The notes under the pieces: model-generated
What the model saw: the letters and a program-made list of their open reading frames with translations, nothing else
The model's database searches: none
What the model was told of the DNA's origin: nothing
Assembly (NCBI GenBank): GCA_030704615.1
Contig: CM060734.1
Location: forward strand, 45,074,001-45,138,000
Direction of reading: 5' to 3'
Origin: Takakia lepidozioides
Lineage: Eukaryota > Plantae > Bryophyta
Length of the DNA stretch: 64,000 nucleotides
Translations under genes and position numbers: made by a program
Shown: positions 36,655 to 48,350 of the stretch, piece by piece
Position numbering within the stretch: the first letter of the stretch is position 1
Layout: each line of letters opens with the position of its first letter

Positions 36655-37098
36655 CAGTGTTGGACTGGTGAAGTACTGGTATATGCCCTGGTATTAGGTC
36701 TGGTATCATTTGGGAGATTACTTGGTCATATACCTACCAGACCAGGCTGGTATCAGTTCTTTCATACCAGTCACAATACCAGTACTCCCCCACCGTCTTC
36801 CTCATTTACTCTGGTATGTATACTAAATTAATTTATGTGTACATATGCCTATATATTAATTTGTTTTCTTGATATTTGCCATTTGATAAATCTGTAACTC
36901 AAGATGGCTTTGGAATGATACCAGAGTTGATATCTCATACCAACTGACGAGTATTGTGGTCATGGTACTCATATTCATACCAGTATCTGGAAATAAAATA
37001 CATCCACCATTATATAGACTAGACTGGTATGAAAGTTTTGTACGTATGGTACCAGGACCAGTCTGGTATGTAAAAAACTTGATACCAGTCCAACACTG
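36655..37098. mobile_element. hAT-type MITE
   Basis: TIR CAGTGTTGGACTGGT/ACCAGTCCAACACTG, perfect 8-bp TSD GTCATAAC, and many subterminal TACCAG/CTGGTA motifs. Confidence 0.92.
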
Positions 37099-37374
37099 GT
37101 CATAACTCCTGAAATAGGTAGAAAAGGTCTATCATATGCTACCATCTTCTCCTTGTAGGTACAGTCCCTTTATAATATTTTTCCGCATTTGCTTTTGAAT
37201 TTTATTTAAATTTTTTGAAAAAGGGTACAGGGCCAGTCAAAGCTTATTAGAATATGAATAACCTTTTGAAAAGGCAAAGAAAGAATAACCTTGCAAAAGC
37301 CGTAAGGCATACAAAGACCAAGAAGTAGTCAAAAAGTACTAATTGATTTTCAGTGTTCCAATTTCTAGTTCTGT

Positions 37375-37447
37375 ATGTCCATATATATGTATGTATGTAT
37401 ATATATGTATATGTATGTATATATATGATGTCGTATATATATATATA
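37375..37447. repeat. (TA)/(TATG) microsatellite
   Basis: Direct reading. Confidence 0.85.
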
Positions 37448-37908
37448 GCGAGCCGCAGGAGCCTCTTCCCCTTGCAAGTATACTTGGCATTTTCATGGGT
37501 TGGCTCTACCTCTGTATGTTCAAACTAAACTAACATAACAACCTCACCAGAGCTATAAACTTGGCTAGTCTTTCACCCATGTCCTATTCTTCATATCACA
37601 CATCGTTGTTTGAGGAACAAATTGTTGAGTTTGCAAACGTGAGGAGCAAGAATACACACTTGATTTCATACTTATCAAGTGGAGGATAATCATCACAGGT
37701 GCAACTGTTGCAGCTAGGGATTGTAACCAGAGTTCCAATATGTGTTTTGATTTGTAAGTTTGAAATTGAGCCTTTGAAGGTGTGACTTTGTCTTTGGGTT
37801 GACCATCTGTGGAGGATGCATGTCTGTTGCTTGGCAATCTTCTGTACAGTTTTATTTTTTGACAAACAAGGTATGTCTAAAGTTCTGTTTAGCCAAGGGG
37901 ATGCGAAG

Positions 37909-39695
37909 TGTCATGGTTTTAGTCATGGTTAACTAGAATTACCTACTTCTAGTTAACTATGACATTTTGGATATTTATATTTGTATTTTGTGTGTTGGGA
38001 CTTCATTTGGTCTCACATGCCAAGTGAGGTGTCAAACCTCACTTGGGACATTGGGATGGGTTTTCCCCTTGTGAGTGTTGAGGAGGGCTCATCTTCTTGT
38101 AGTTGAGCCTCCATGAGCCTCTCCCACCTCCATAGCTCTAGGTATTGAGAGGGAGTGTGGTGAGGGCTTTGCAGGGTGGATTCCTTTAGCAAAGGTGCCC
38201 TTGGCTTGACTTAGTTTATGTGATTAACTGGATTCATGAGTAGAGTGTTTCCATTGTGTGTTCACTTCCATTATCACTACAAGAATATCACCTTATGCTT
38301 GTGAGTGCGGAGTGTAAGGATTAGTTTTAGCACTTGTGTTGGTGTACACCAAGGAGTGAGAGAGCTAGGAAAGCTCAAGTATCTCACAAGGCTTGCAAGG
38401 TGTTGCAAGGAGGAGTGTTTTTGCATTGCATCAAAGAGGTGGAGAGCTCAAGGAGAGAGCTCTTGATTACAAGACTTTGTAGAGGTGGAGAGCTTAAGGA
38501 GAAAGCTCTTGTATCACAAAGCTTGCATGGTTTTGCAAGGTAAGTGCTTGTATGTGCACTAAGGGTTTGAGAGCTTGGAAAAGAGCTCTTGCATCACAAG
38601 AGAAGCGTCTTGTGTGTGGAGAAGATAAACACTAGGGTTTCAAGAGCAAGCTCTAGTACTTGTTCATGGTGTGAAAGAGAAGCCAAAGAGCGGCACATGC
38701 TTGGGTTGGAAACACCATAGAAGGAGTACAATAAGGGTAGCTTGAGGAGCATTGAGTAGCTCAAGAGAAGCTAAGAAGTGGTTGTTCTATCTATGGTGAA
38801 ATGAAGCCAAGTGGGGTTTCATTTTGTTGACAAACAAGCAAGCGAAGGCGGTGCTAGAAGGGAGTGCTTTTGCTAGTTCTATGAGTTCTTGGATTGATCT
38901 TGGTGAAGCAAGTGGCGCATGTGTGGAGCATGTTTTCCAAGTGTGGCTTCCAATTCAAGCTTGAGGAGAGCTAGAAGATGAAGTGAGCAAGTTCATTCAT
39001 TGTGTATGAGGTGGTGCATGTTGTGGAAGAAAAGCCAAGGAGCTACATAGGCTAGGGCTTGAAGACAACAAAAGCAACCACTTGGAGAGCATCTAGACGC
39101 TCAAGATGACTCCAAAGGGAAGCATGTGGGTGAGAATTCTATCCATGATGATGTGAAACCAAGCCTAGAGTATTGAAGAGCTTGGAGCACATGTGGGAGA
39201 TCATTGGAGGTGGTCTTCATGAAGAAAGGAGATTGTGGCTCACGGCATGTATAGCAACTTCAACCATACATTAGCATGTGACAAGACAAGGAAGGGGAAG
39301 GTGAAGCTCATGTATTCATTCCTTTTTTGCTTAAGTTTTGTGGTGGATGGTTGATCAAGCAAGTGATGCTTATGTTGAACATGCTCTTTAGGGCTTGTGA
39401 CTTCAAGTTTGAGAAGATGAGCTCTTGAATAGAGGTGTGGATACACATTATGATGAATGAAGACAACACCTAGGTCAAGAGGTGCAAGTGTGTGTGACTA
39501 GCCCATGCAAGGGAAAGCACATGGAAGATGGCATACAAAATTCAAATTAATTCAAGCAAGGTGTGGCGCTTGTCATTGGGCACATTAGCGTGCTATGAGT
39601 TCCAAGGAGATCAAGAAGAACTTGTCAATTTGGGATGAATGCATTGCAAAGTAAGATAATGCAATCTCGCATGCATGTTAGGGGGGAAGATACCA
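37909..39695 (+). mobile_element. Degenerate non-coding LTR-retrotransposon remnant (same LTR family as 8733 and 41591)
   Basis: Starts TGTCATGG, shares LTR motifs, has four GAGAGCT..AGCTC..CACAAG subrepeats at 38350-38600, and ends near the purine tract TAGGGGGGAAG. Confidence 0.55.
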
Positions 39696-40349
39696 TGAAG
39701 AAGGTGTTTCTTACTATACTCTACAAACCCTAGTCTCCATACTCTTCAAGAAACTGTGTACAAAACAAGAGAAAATAAAACAAACTACCTTGCTTAAGAG
39801 ATAGATTATGACAATGAATGATGAAATCCATTGCACACCCGGTACCTTGAGTTGTCCTCTTATTATGCCAATATTCTTTTTCCAATTATCATATTTCCAT
39901 ATATGCTCATCAGATTGACTGTATGCTTAATTTGGACACGTTAAATCATTCATGAATAGGAGATATAATTTGCAAGTCAAAAATTTCCCTCAACCTCTAA
40001 TTGTTTCAATCGAAAATTGGCTCACTATTATAGTACTGCATGTTGTCATTCTCCAATTAGAAACAATGGAGAATTTTCTTGATTATCACAACAACTTATT
40101 CTATCACTTTTCACTCAATTTTAGGGCTGTTACTAGCATACTTAGCCATACAAAACATGCCTTAAAGTCTCTAAAAATATAAATACCTATCCATGCAACT
40201 TATCTAATATCATACACACTATCTTTATACTAGTTTTCCTTCATAATGTAGATGAATGCCAACTGACACAACCTTGTGATGTTTTACTTTCAATGTCATT
40301 GATATCGTATTGAGGTGTCATTCTTCCAACAATGTTGTGAATTGTTGTG

Positions 40350-42421
40350 TTAGTTAATGTCAATGCCGTTAGGGCAAATATTAGAAGGTGGACCTATGCT
40401 TCCATCCAAATTGATGTTTGGACCTTGGCATGTTCCTTCCCAACATGAAACCGGAACATTGTTACCATCGTAGTCATGCTCAATTATGCCGCCGTTGATA
40501 ACGTTCAGAACAAAGTCCGGGACATACGTGTAGCCAATGATATTTGCTATGAGACTTGCAGCATCCGATGGCATAAGGTCACGATACTCAAAAGATATCT
40601 CTGTGCCTTGAAAATTTGTTATCCAAGTTATAATTTCGCCATTGGGGAACATGGAATTTAGGTCCATTATGAGAGTTGCAACTTCTCTTAAAACTATTGC
40701 TGCTTCCACCTCTGTCAAATCGATTTGATACTTAAAGATGGCAAATGCAGTTGTTCCGCATCGATCGATACTCGGATAATTGACGTTTGTTGAATCCACG
40801 AAAGTACAATCAGAGTCTCTCCAGTTGCAGCATGCAAAGCCACCCGCAGGTACAATAATTTTGAAAGATTCTGATGTCACTGGGAGCTGTAGACATAAGG
40901 TGAAGATGATTATGTGAATACTATATGGTTACATGCAATATCAATATAACTTATATTGAAGCAGTAAAATGCAATAGTATTATATTTTTAATCCTTCAAA
41001 ATTGAAAAAATATGTACATTATGAGAATTAATTTCAAACTTTGATTTGATTGTCATTTCAAACAGCGCATCCTGCTAGTAGATCTCAAACCTATAAGCAG
41101 AAGTAGTCAAAACTAGTCTTATGTTCACTTCATACTAATCTAAACAGTTAAGAAAATTCTTGTAGCTCATGATAACCTATAGAGTATTGTTGATTTTAGT
41201 ATAGGATATATAAACAACATCCTTTTCAATCTATCTAGTATCAAGACCATGATCAACATAGAGACTTGAAGATTTTTCAAAGAATTGTCAGAGTACGAAT
41301 GGGGATATGAAAAAGTTGTGGAAGTCGTGAGTATTTTTTCACGTTCTTTCCGTTGAGAGAAATGATATAGTTCCCCTATGTGAAGTGGAGTATAGTCTTG
41401 ACAACTATTTCTATACTTTAGAATAATTTCAAATTGCTTTACGGATGATATCGTAACTATTAACTCATGAGTACCTCTAAGGCGGAGATATCGTAAGAGG
41501 CATCGTTAAACACACAGTAAGCATATGCGTTATTCAACAAAAATATTGGCGTCAAAAACACCACCAAGCAAAGCCAAGCTGCAACCATCATGTCGTGGGG
41601 CGCCTAAGCATTACGTACTCGAGTTGCAATATGCTCTCAAGCTCTCCTATGTACTCAAGTTTGCTTCTCTCAGATCGGGGATCTCTCCTTTACAAGTGCA
41701 AATCACTTACTCTATCACATAAACTAAGTGAAGCCAATGGCACCAGGTTAGAGGAATCGACCAGCTATTAACCCTCACCACACAACTCTCTCTCAAGAGC
41801 TCGTGCTATGGAAGCTCAACTAGAAGAAGATGAGTCTCCTCCACCCACTACATGAATATTTAAGGTTGTCCATGTCGCAAGTGAGACTCAACACTTTCAC
41901 AATACATGGACCAAATGAAGTCGAATTAACACCACCAAAAAATACAAATAAGTATAAATAGACAACTAGAAATAGACAAGACTTAAGTACTATTTGAACT
42001 AACCATGCCCAAATATATGACATGTGACAAAGCTTTGAAACATTTGTGCCATAATAGTATGATAGGCGAACCATGTCTAAAGACAAAAAATGGTAAAATA
42101 AGCATAAATTACTGTATCGTTTCATCTAAATCAAAGCTGAGTTTCCAAAGTGAACATCTTCTAGCTGTCACAGTCAATGCAACGGTCTAAGTAACAGCGA
42201 TGATCATTTGAGAAAATGATATTTTAATGTATCCATACTTGGTCCAAGGTCAAAAATTGGTCCTCCAAACCACATATGTTCTTCTTTTGGTCCCTTAACC
42301 AACAGTCTCCTGCCATAGTCAATGCCCACTTACAGGCCATATCATTCTTAACTTTCTTGGGTCTTGATCCGTAGTGTAAAGCCAATATAACCAAAAAAAT
42401 GCCCCCGGCCAATAGGATCAT
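40350..42421 (-). CDS. Putative orphan Cys-rich secreted protein. Terminal exon 40886-40350 (178 aa); candidate signal-peptide exon 42421-42239
   Basis: 537-nt stop-free frame in AT-rich DNA, preceded by a phase-0 acceptor (TCTACAG). The upstream hydrophobic MILLAGGIFLVILALHYGS exon ends in phase 0 at CAA|GTATGG. No family recognised, and the first exon is uncertain. Confidence 0.45.
41591..42022 (-). mobile_element. Solo LTR (same family as 8733-16190)
   Basis: Minus strand reads TGTCATAT...CCCACGACA and shares GACTCATCTTCTTCTAGTTGAGCTTCC. TSD not recognised. Confidence 0.65.
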
Positions 42422-42819
42422 TGCAATTTGATTTGGTCTTGGTCTTGGTGTGTAGTCTAAAGTGGCCCTAAATTACCGTTGTGATGCATTCAAATCCACC
42501 CTGATGATTTTTTTATTTTTATTCATTATGATTGATAGAGTATGTACTTTGCTGAAAAGACAGTACCTACCGTTAATTATGTTAATTTGGACCGTCCCTA
42601 CGCATATGGCGGTTTGGCTTATTTCTAGCGTCGTATACTAAATTCTAAGTGAAAGCGTGAACGAAGTGGATGAACATATTCAACCCTTCCAATTGAAATG
42701 ACACTAAAAGTTGCACAAGTGTTCGGCACGATTCTTCTTCTCTTCTTTGGAATCTAGATGAACATAGCATTTTTGGTGTCATCTTTGTATATGTTGCCCA
42801 CTTCTCTAACAAAGCACTA

Positions 42820-45509
42820 GAGGGATGCTAGTCCGTGAGCAGCTCACGTGAGCAGGAAATCTTGTGAGCAGAATTCTGCTCACGTAGGATGACGTGGACC
42901 TGCTTGGGGCCTATAACCGCGGACCTTAAAGCCAAATAAGGCCTATTCCCGCGGACAGTAGACGTGTAAATCTAGGCAGTAGTCCCAGATACTATCTGGA
43001 ACATTTATGGACAGATCTGGAATATTTTGTCTGATAGAGGATGAATGATGGATGAATTCTGAATGAATGTTGGATGAGTAATGGATGAAAAACATCCCAA
43101 TTGGAGAATATTCTTGACTCGAACATTTTTTGATTTACAACTGTTTGTTTTTCACTTCTTCTTTGGTAGACTGTTTAGTATGTTTGAAATTAGAAGGTAA
43201 ATTGCAGAGTGACCATTTCCAGTACAGACTGAATGAACATGATATTTTGATTTTCTTTTTCACCTCTTCTTCTATAGATTGTGTAATATGTGCCGTCATA
43301 TGAGGGTCGGACACATGGAGCCGAGGCACAATGTACAAGAAGGAAACAGTTCAATTGACAGTGGGAGCGTCCACTGTATATCACGAGTTATTTTAGTCCC
43401 TTCTTCTTCTCCAGAGAGTGGCGAACTGTAGCATTGTACATCACATATCATATTTGAAGTTCACATGGAAACCAGCATAGAGTGAATTGCAGAGCAGAAC
43501 CCCACACGGTGTTAAAACGAAAATATGTTTGCATTTAAAGGAAAACGTCAAACATAGGTGGAGTCACTGCCACTACTCTCCGAAGTCATGTTATCCGCGG
43601 ACGACATTGCAATGTCGTCAATGTAGACACTAGCCCTATGACTAGAAAATTTGATCCTGGACTTGCGAGGACCAGGTAAGGGAGAGGGCATGGAAGCCAT
43701 TTCGTTTGTAATTAAGCTTGCTTTAAAAAACTGGCTTGGAGTCATGCTTGCGTTGACGCAAGCATAATTTCTAGGCCTCCTCAAAGGGAACTTTGGGGAG
43801 GAAAAAAAAAAAAAAAAAAAAAAACTGGCTTCGAATCATGTCAACGCAAACATGATTTCTAGGCCTCGAAGGGAACATTGGGGAGAAAATAAATAAATAA
43901 ATAATAAATAATAAAAACTGACTTCGAATCATCAACGCAAGCATGATGTACAGACCAGTGTTGGGCGGTTACCCGCCGGGACCCAAGTTAACCGCCGGTT
44001 CACATTCAGGTTAACGGGAACCGGGCCTATTCCTGCAGAACCTGACCCTGCCAATGGGGATCGGCATAGAACCGAACCGGTGGTTCATGCTGGGTGTGAG
44101 AACTGGAGAACCGGGCGCATGGGGATAAAAACAGGTTCAAGTTCTTGAACCTTTGGTGGGGCTTGGCATAACATGGCATAACCCTGGAGAGCTGGTGGGC
44201 CCCATGGCAAAACTTATTTAATGCTCTCAAGCTCCATGAGATCCTGGTTCAATGCTTCAACGCCATGACATTCTATGTTCAATGCTTCAACGCCATGAGA
44301 TCTTGGGTTCAATCTCCAGCTCCATGATATCCTGGCTAAGTTCATTAATGAGAATGTTAGAAGATGCCAATACTTGCCAGATAGCTGAATAGTAATTTTC
44401 ACCCATAAAATGTTACCCATTTTCTTCTACCAGTTTATTTAGAGTATTTTTGTTTTTATTTTTGGTGTTAGTGAAAATTAATAAAATCGTTGGATTTTAG
44501 TTCAAACATGTGGATGCATTGCTATTTAATCTCCCGGACTGATAAAATATTTTAAATCTAATTAAATTAAAAAAATTAAAAAAGAACCGGAACCGTGGTT
44601 TTTATCAGCAACTAACCGGTAACCGGAACCGCCCCAATGTTTAAAAGTTGGATCCGGAACCGGCTCAATATAAAAAAAACCGGAACCGTCTCTTGAAATA
44701 ATTGTGGAACCGGAACCGAAGGTTCCTTCACAAATGCAAGAACCGCCCAACACTACAGACCTTCTCGAAGGGAACTTTGAAAAAAAAAACTTTGAAGGTA
44801 GAGCTGGCTGGGAATTATGCTTCCGTTCACGCAAGCACAATCCCAAGGTCTCTTCAAAGAAAACTTTGGGGTAAAAAAAAAAAAAAAAAAAAAAAAACTT
44901 TGTAGGGACTTTGGGCACTTCCAAGTCCACCATATCTCATACCTAAATTATGTTTGCTTTGAAGCAAGCTTAAATTCTGTCCACTTGCAAGTTCAACATT
45001 TGTCTGGTCTCAATCATCCACTGTTGCTCCTAATATTGATGGTCTCTTCTTGGACTTCAAATGGTGCAGAATATGTCTCTGCAAGATATTGCGAACAGTT
45101 TTTGCAGCCTTCCCAATGTACCTCATATGATTGGTTTTGCCATCGCCATGTGCAATGATGTTGACATTTGCATTGCACATTCAAACTTCTGATGGTTCCA
45201 TTCAGTCATCCATGTTTCGTTCATCCAGCCATTTTTCATCCAACATTCATCCACCATTCATCACTTCCCATATTTCCTTCGTCCATATTTCATTCATCCA
45301 ACTGATTTTCATCACACATTCATGTCATATTGCATGCATGGAGCTCAATTCCTTTGGTCTCGGACGGCTTATGTTTCTTTCCATCTCACACGAGTTTGTG
45401 TGCACGGCATTAGGCTCTGCTTCTTCCTCGGTTATAGGCTCCGCTTCCCTGATCGGCTCACGCTTAGTGGAATTTGCTCACGAGATCTGCTCACGCGCTA
45501 GCTTCTCCC
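42820..45509. mobile_element. Non-autonomous Mutator-like element (2.7 kb) with a nested hAT MITE and poly(A)-linked ~95-bp tandem units
   Basis: 10-bp TSD CAAAGCACTA (42810-42819 and 45510-45519), imperfect TIR GAGGGATGCTAG..CGTGAGCAG / CTGCTCACGCGCTAGCTTCTCCC, and inverted GGATGAA/TTCATCC subterminal arrays. Confidence 0.8.
43956..44754. mobile_element. hAT-type MITE nested in the MULE
   Basis: TIR CAGTGTTGGGCGGTT/AACCGCCCAACACT, flanking TACAGAC(C) duplication, and subterminal AACCGG motifs. Confidence 0.85.
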
Positions 45510-46039
45510 CAAAGCACTATACGGCCCCTTGACATCTAAATACGTTAATAGAAGAAGCGAATCTAGATTAGTAAGTTAAGAAAGTTGACGGTGGAGACGT
45601 CGAGTAGTTTAGAAGCACTTGGTCTTTCATCCACGAATTGCAAATATTCACTGGTACTAAGCAGTTTTCATCCATGATTTTTGAATGAAAATCGTCAAGT
45701 GTCATATAACATTAACGATGGATGTATCTTTGCATCATGCTCATGTTTTCTCTCTACATAGCTAATGCTCTCATGATTAATGACCTATTTAATAATTAAT
45801 CATGTGTAATTTCATGAGACAGAAATATCGTATGACAAAATGATCTTTGTGAATGTTTTTATAGAGATTAAACCTACAAGGAGTGATTGAGTATTGTGGA
45901 TGCGAATCATGAGGTTCTTGCGAGAGTTTTGAATGAAGCAGCTTCAGCTTAGAACTCCATAATTTAGGTGCACAATGAATCATGAAGGCGTTAGTTTTGT
46001 TGTGCTGATGGATAGCCAAAACCAACACACACACACACA

Positions 46040-48010
46040 CATAAGACACCAACCAAAGTTAGCGTAAATAAGAGTCTCTTCTCCAAGTGGGTACCACCTT
46101 AGCTGCCCTAGAGCCAGATTCCAGTTCAAACTCCAGGCAGCTAGTACACTCAACCAATCCCTCAGTGAACAAATTGCAGAGGCACGTAAAAAGAGGGTGA
46201 AAGCCCTCCAGAAGTGTTTGTCTGGGTGTGTGTCAGAAGTGGATCGAACAAAGTTCATGTGATGACCACACATTCCAGACCTACCTTGAAGCGCGTACCA
46301 ACTTGGGAGAATACCAGGTCCACTTAGAGCAGAAGATGAAAATGCAAGTGGGGTTAATTGGTCCGCCAAGTTAGAGAAGATGTCCAAATAAATCTTCCAA
46401 AAAGTCAAACTCATAAGGGCACTTCAATCCATCCCCGAGCTCTACATAGACAATCTAGGTAATAAATCCTCTAAACCCAAAGAACTCTGTGAGATGGCCT
46501 TCCTGCACTTTAGTGCTCTTTTCCATGCTGACTCTGGGGCACTTCTTCTAATGAGTAATGGGAAGACCCCTGGGATCGACGGGATGCCTGTTGAATTTTT
46601 CAAGTCTTTGTAGGAGCATATCTCACAAGATTTCTATGATATGGCTAATGAGATCTGGATCAATGGAAGTATGCCAGGCCACATGGCGTAGGGAGTGATC
46701 ACTCTTCTGTTCAAAAAAGAAGACAAGGCTGATATAGGCAACTACAAACCAATCACCCTCCTAAATGTGGCATATAAGGTAATTGCTAAGGCTCTTGCCC
46801 TCCGCCTCCAGCCCCTTCTCCCCTCCCTGATCAGAACTGGCCAAACAAGATTCATTACTTAAGGGCAGGTATATCCTGGACAACGTGCTGTTGGCCCAAG
46901 AGGCAGATACCTATGTTCTGGCTTATAATCATGCCCTGGCATTATGGCTTCTAGACTTCGAAAAAGCTTTGACAGGGTGGACTGGGATTTCCTTGTAGCT
47001 GTTCTCAGGAAAACAGACCTCCCGGAGACGAAACGAAATTCGTTCGGTGGCCCAACGGATGGTTGCCCATCCAAACGGTTTTCGTTCGCTTCGAGACTTG
47101 GCCAGCATGTTCATCGTACCATCTGATAGGCCCCAGAGTAATATGAGATCAATCGAAATTTGTTCGATGGGCCAATGAGGCGTTCACTTGTCATCCAGTT
47201 TTTGTTCATTGCGGAAAAATAAAATAAAAAAATGCTCCTCAACTACATTCAAGTTTGTAAAGGAAAAATGAATAACTGCCCGGTGGTTGAAGCCCTTCGA
47301 GCAGCAACTCTCTGGAACATTTGGAGGGTCTGCTGCAGATGGTCCAAGTGAACAATCTCAATTTTAACCCATATTTTAACTCATGTTTTTTATGACCTCA
47401 CGGTCGCTGCTAAACTTGTCTGGGCTAAGCTTTGTGCAGAAATTGACAGGAGACCTGAGCACAGGGCGGCCCTCCTCACCACCTTCGCTTCTTCATGGGG
47501 AAGACAGGGAATCATCTGCAGTTGCGCTGATGTTGACTCCATCTCTTGGCCAGACTATTCATGTCCTCTGGCAACATCATCGAGCCCCCATCTTTAGCAT
47601 CCCCCGAGTTTGATAGATCGGAAATAAATTGGAAGCATATTAGGACTATAGCCAAATCTAGGCTTCATTTTCCCAGATAGGTTGTTGTTCCTTCCTCTGA
47701 TCCTTATGATTTCGCTCAGCCTTGGTGCTCTTTTTGGAACTATCTGCTCTAGGGTTCCAGCTTGACACCCATACTTCCAAAGGTTTCAATTTCCCTTTTA
47801 TGGCTACCTTTCGCTATAGCATATTTTAGTGAGACCTTGGTCTCTTAGTGTTTGTTCTTCTGGTATCTCCTACACGGTCCCCGTGTGATCAGGCCTCATG
47901 GCAGCCTTCGGGCATGTAAGGGTTTTAATTTTTTTTCCCTTCAATAATATTAATAAAGCTCTAAAGGGCTACCTCCCCTTTTATCAAAATAAAATAAAAA
48001 AATAAAAAAC
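46040..48010 (+). mobile_element. Decayed L1-clade LINE (RT fragment, internal deletion, 3' UTR and A-rich tail)
   Basis: KTPGIDGMPVEFFK..GVITLLFKK..NYKPITLLNVAYKVIAKALALRLQPLL..FDRVDWDFL, then AATLWNIW, ending CCCCTTTTATCAAAATAAAATAAAA. Confidence 0.85.
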
Positions 48011-48264
48011 AAATGAACAAGTGTACATGTATCGGTAAGAGATTGTGAAAGCAAGAGAAGCTATGAGAATGATCCACTACAAATATTCCAATATTTTTAG
48101 TGACGACAGCTGGTTTAGACAGCCATAGGATCCATTAATCATCAAAAAAAAAAATTTCTGCAGCCGACATGACAATTTCAAAAATTCACAACAATTTCAG
48201 GAGAAAAAAGAAACCCTTAAAAACCCCTAGAAAGTTCCTTAAAAATCGTTGATACATTTTCTTA

Positions 48265-48350
48265 GAGAGAGAAGACTCCGACCGAAGCCGGCGTAACTAA
48301 GAGCCACTTCGCCTTGCGACTACTGCCCCCTTTCGGGAGTGGGCCCTATA
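48265..48350 (-). mobile_element. ~86-nt structured SINE-like element, copy 1 (complete)
   Basis: 11-bp TSD ACATTTTCTTA and a (CT)n 3' tail on the minus strand. Homologous to 59041 and 61887. Confidence 0.75.

Noticed and set aside
48265-48350. Canonical hammerhead or HDV ribozyme call
   Set aside because: There is no CUGANGA core, and the HDV L3/P1.1 nested pseudoknot cannot be drawn. Retained only as an unclassified structured element.
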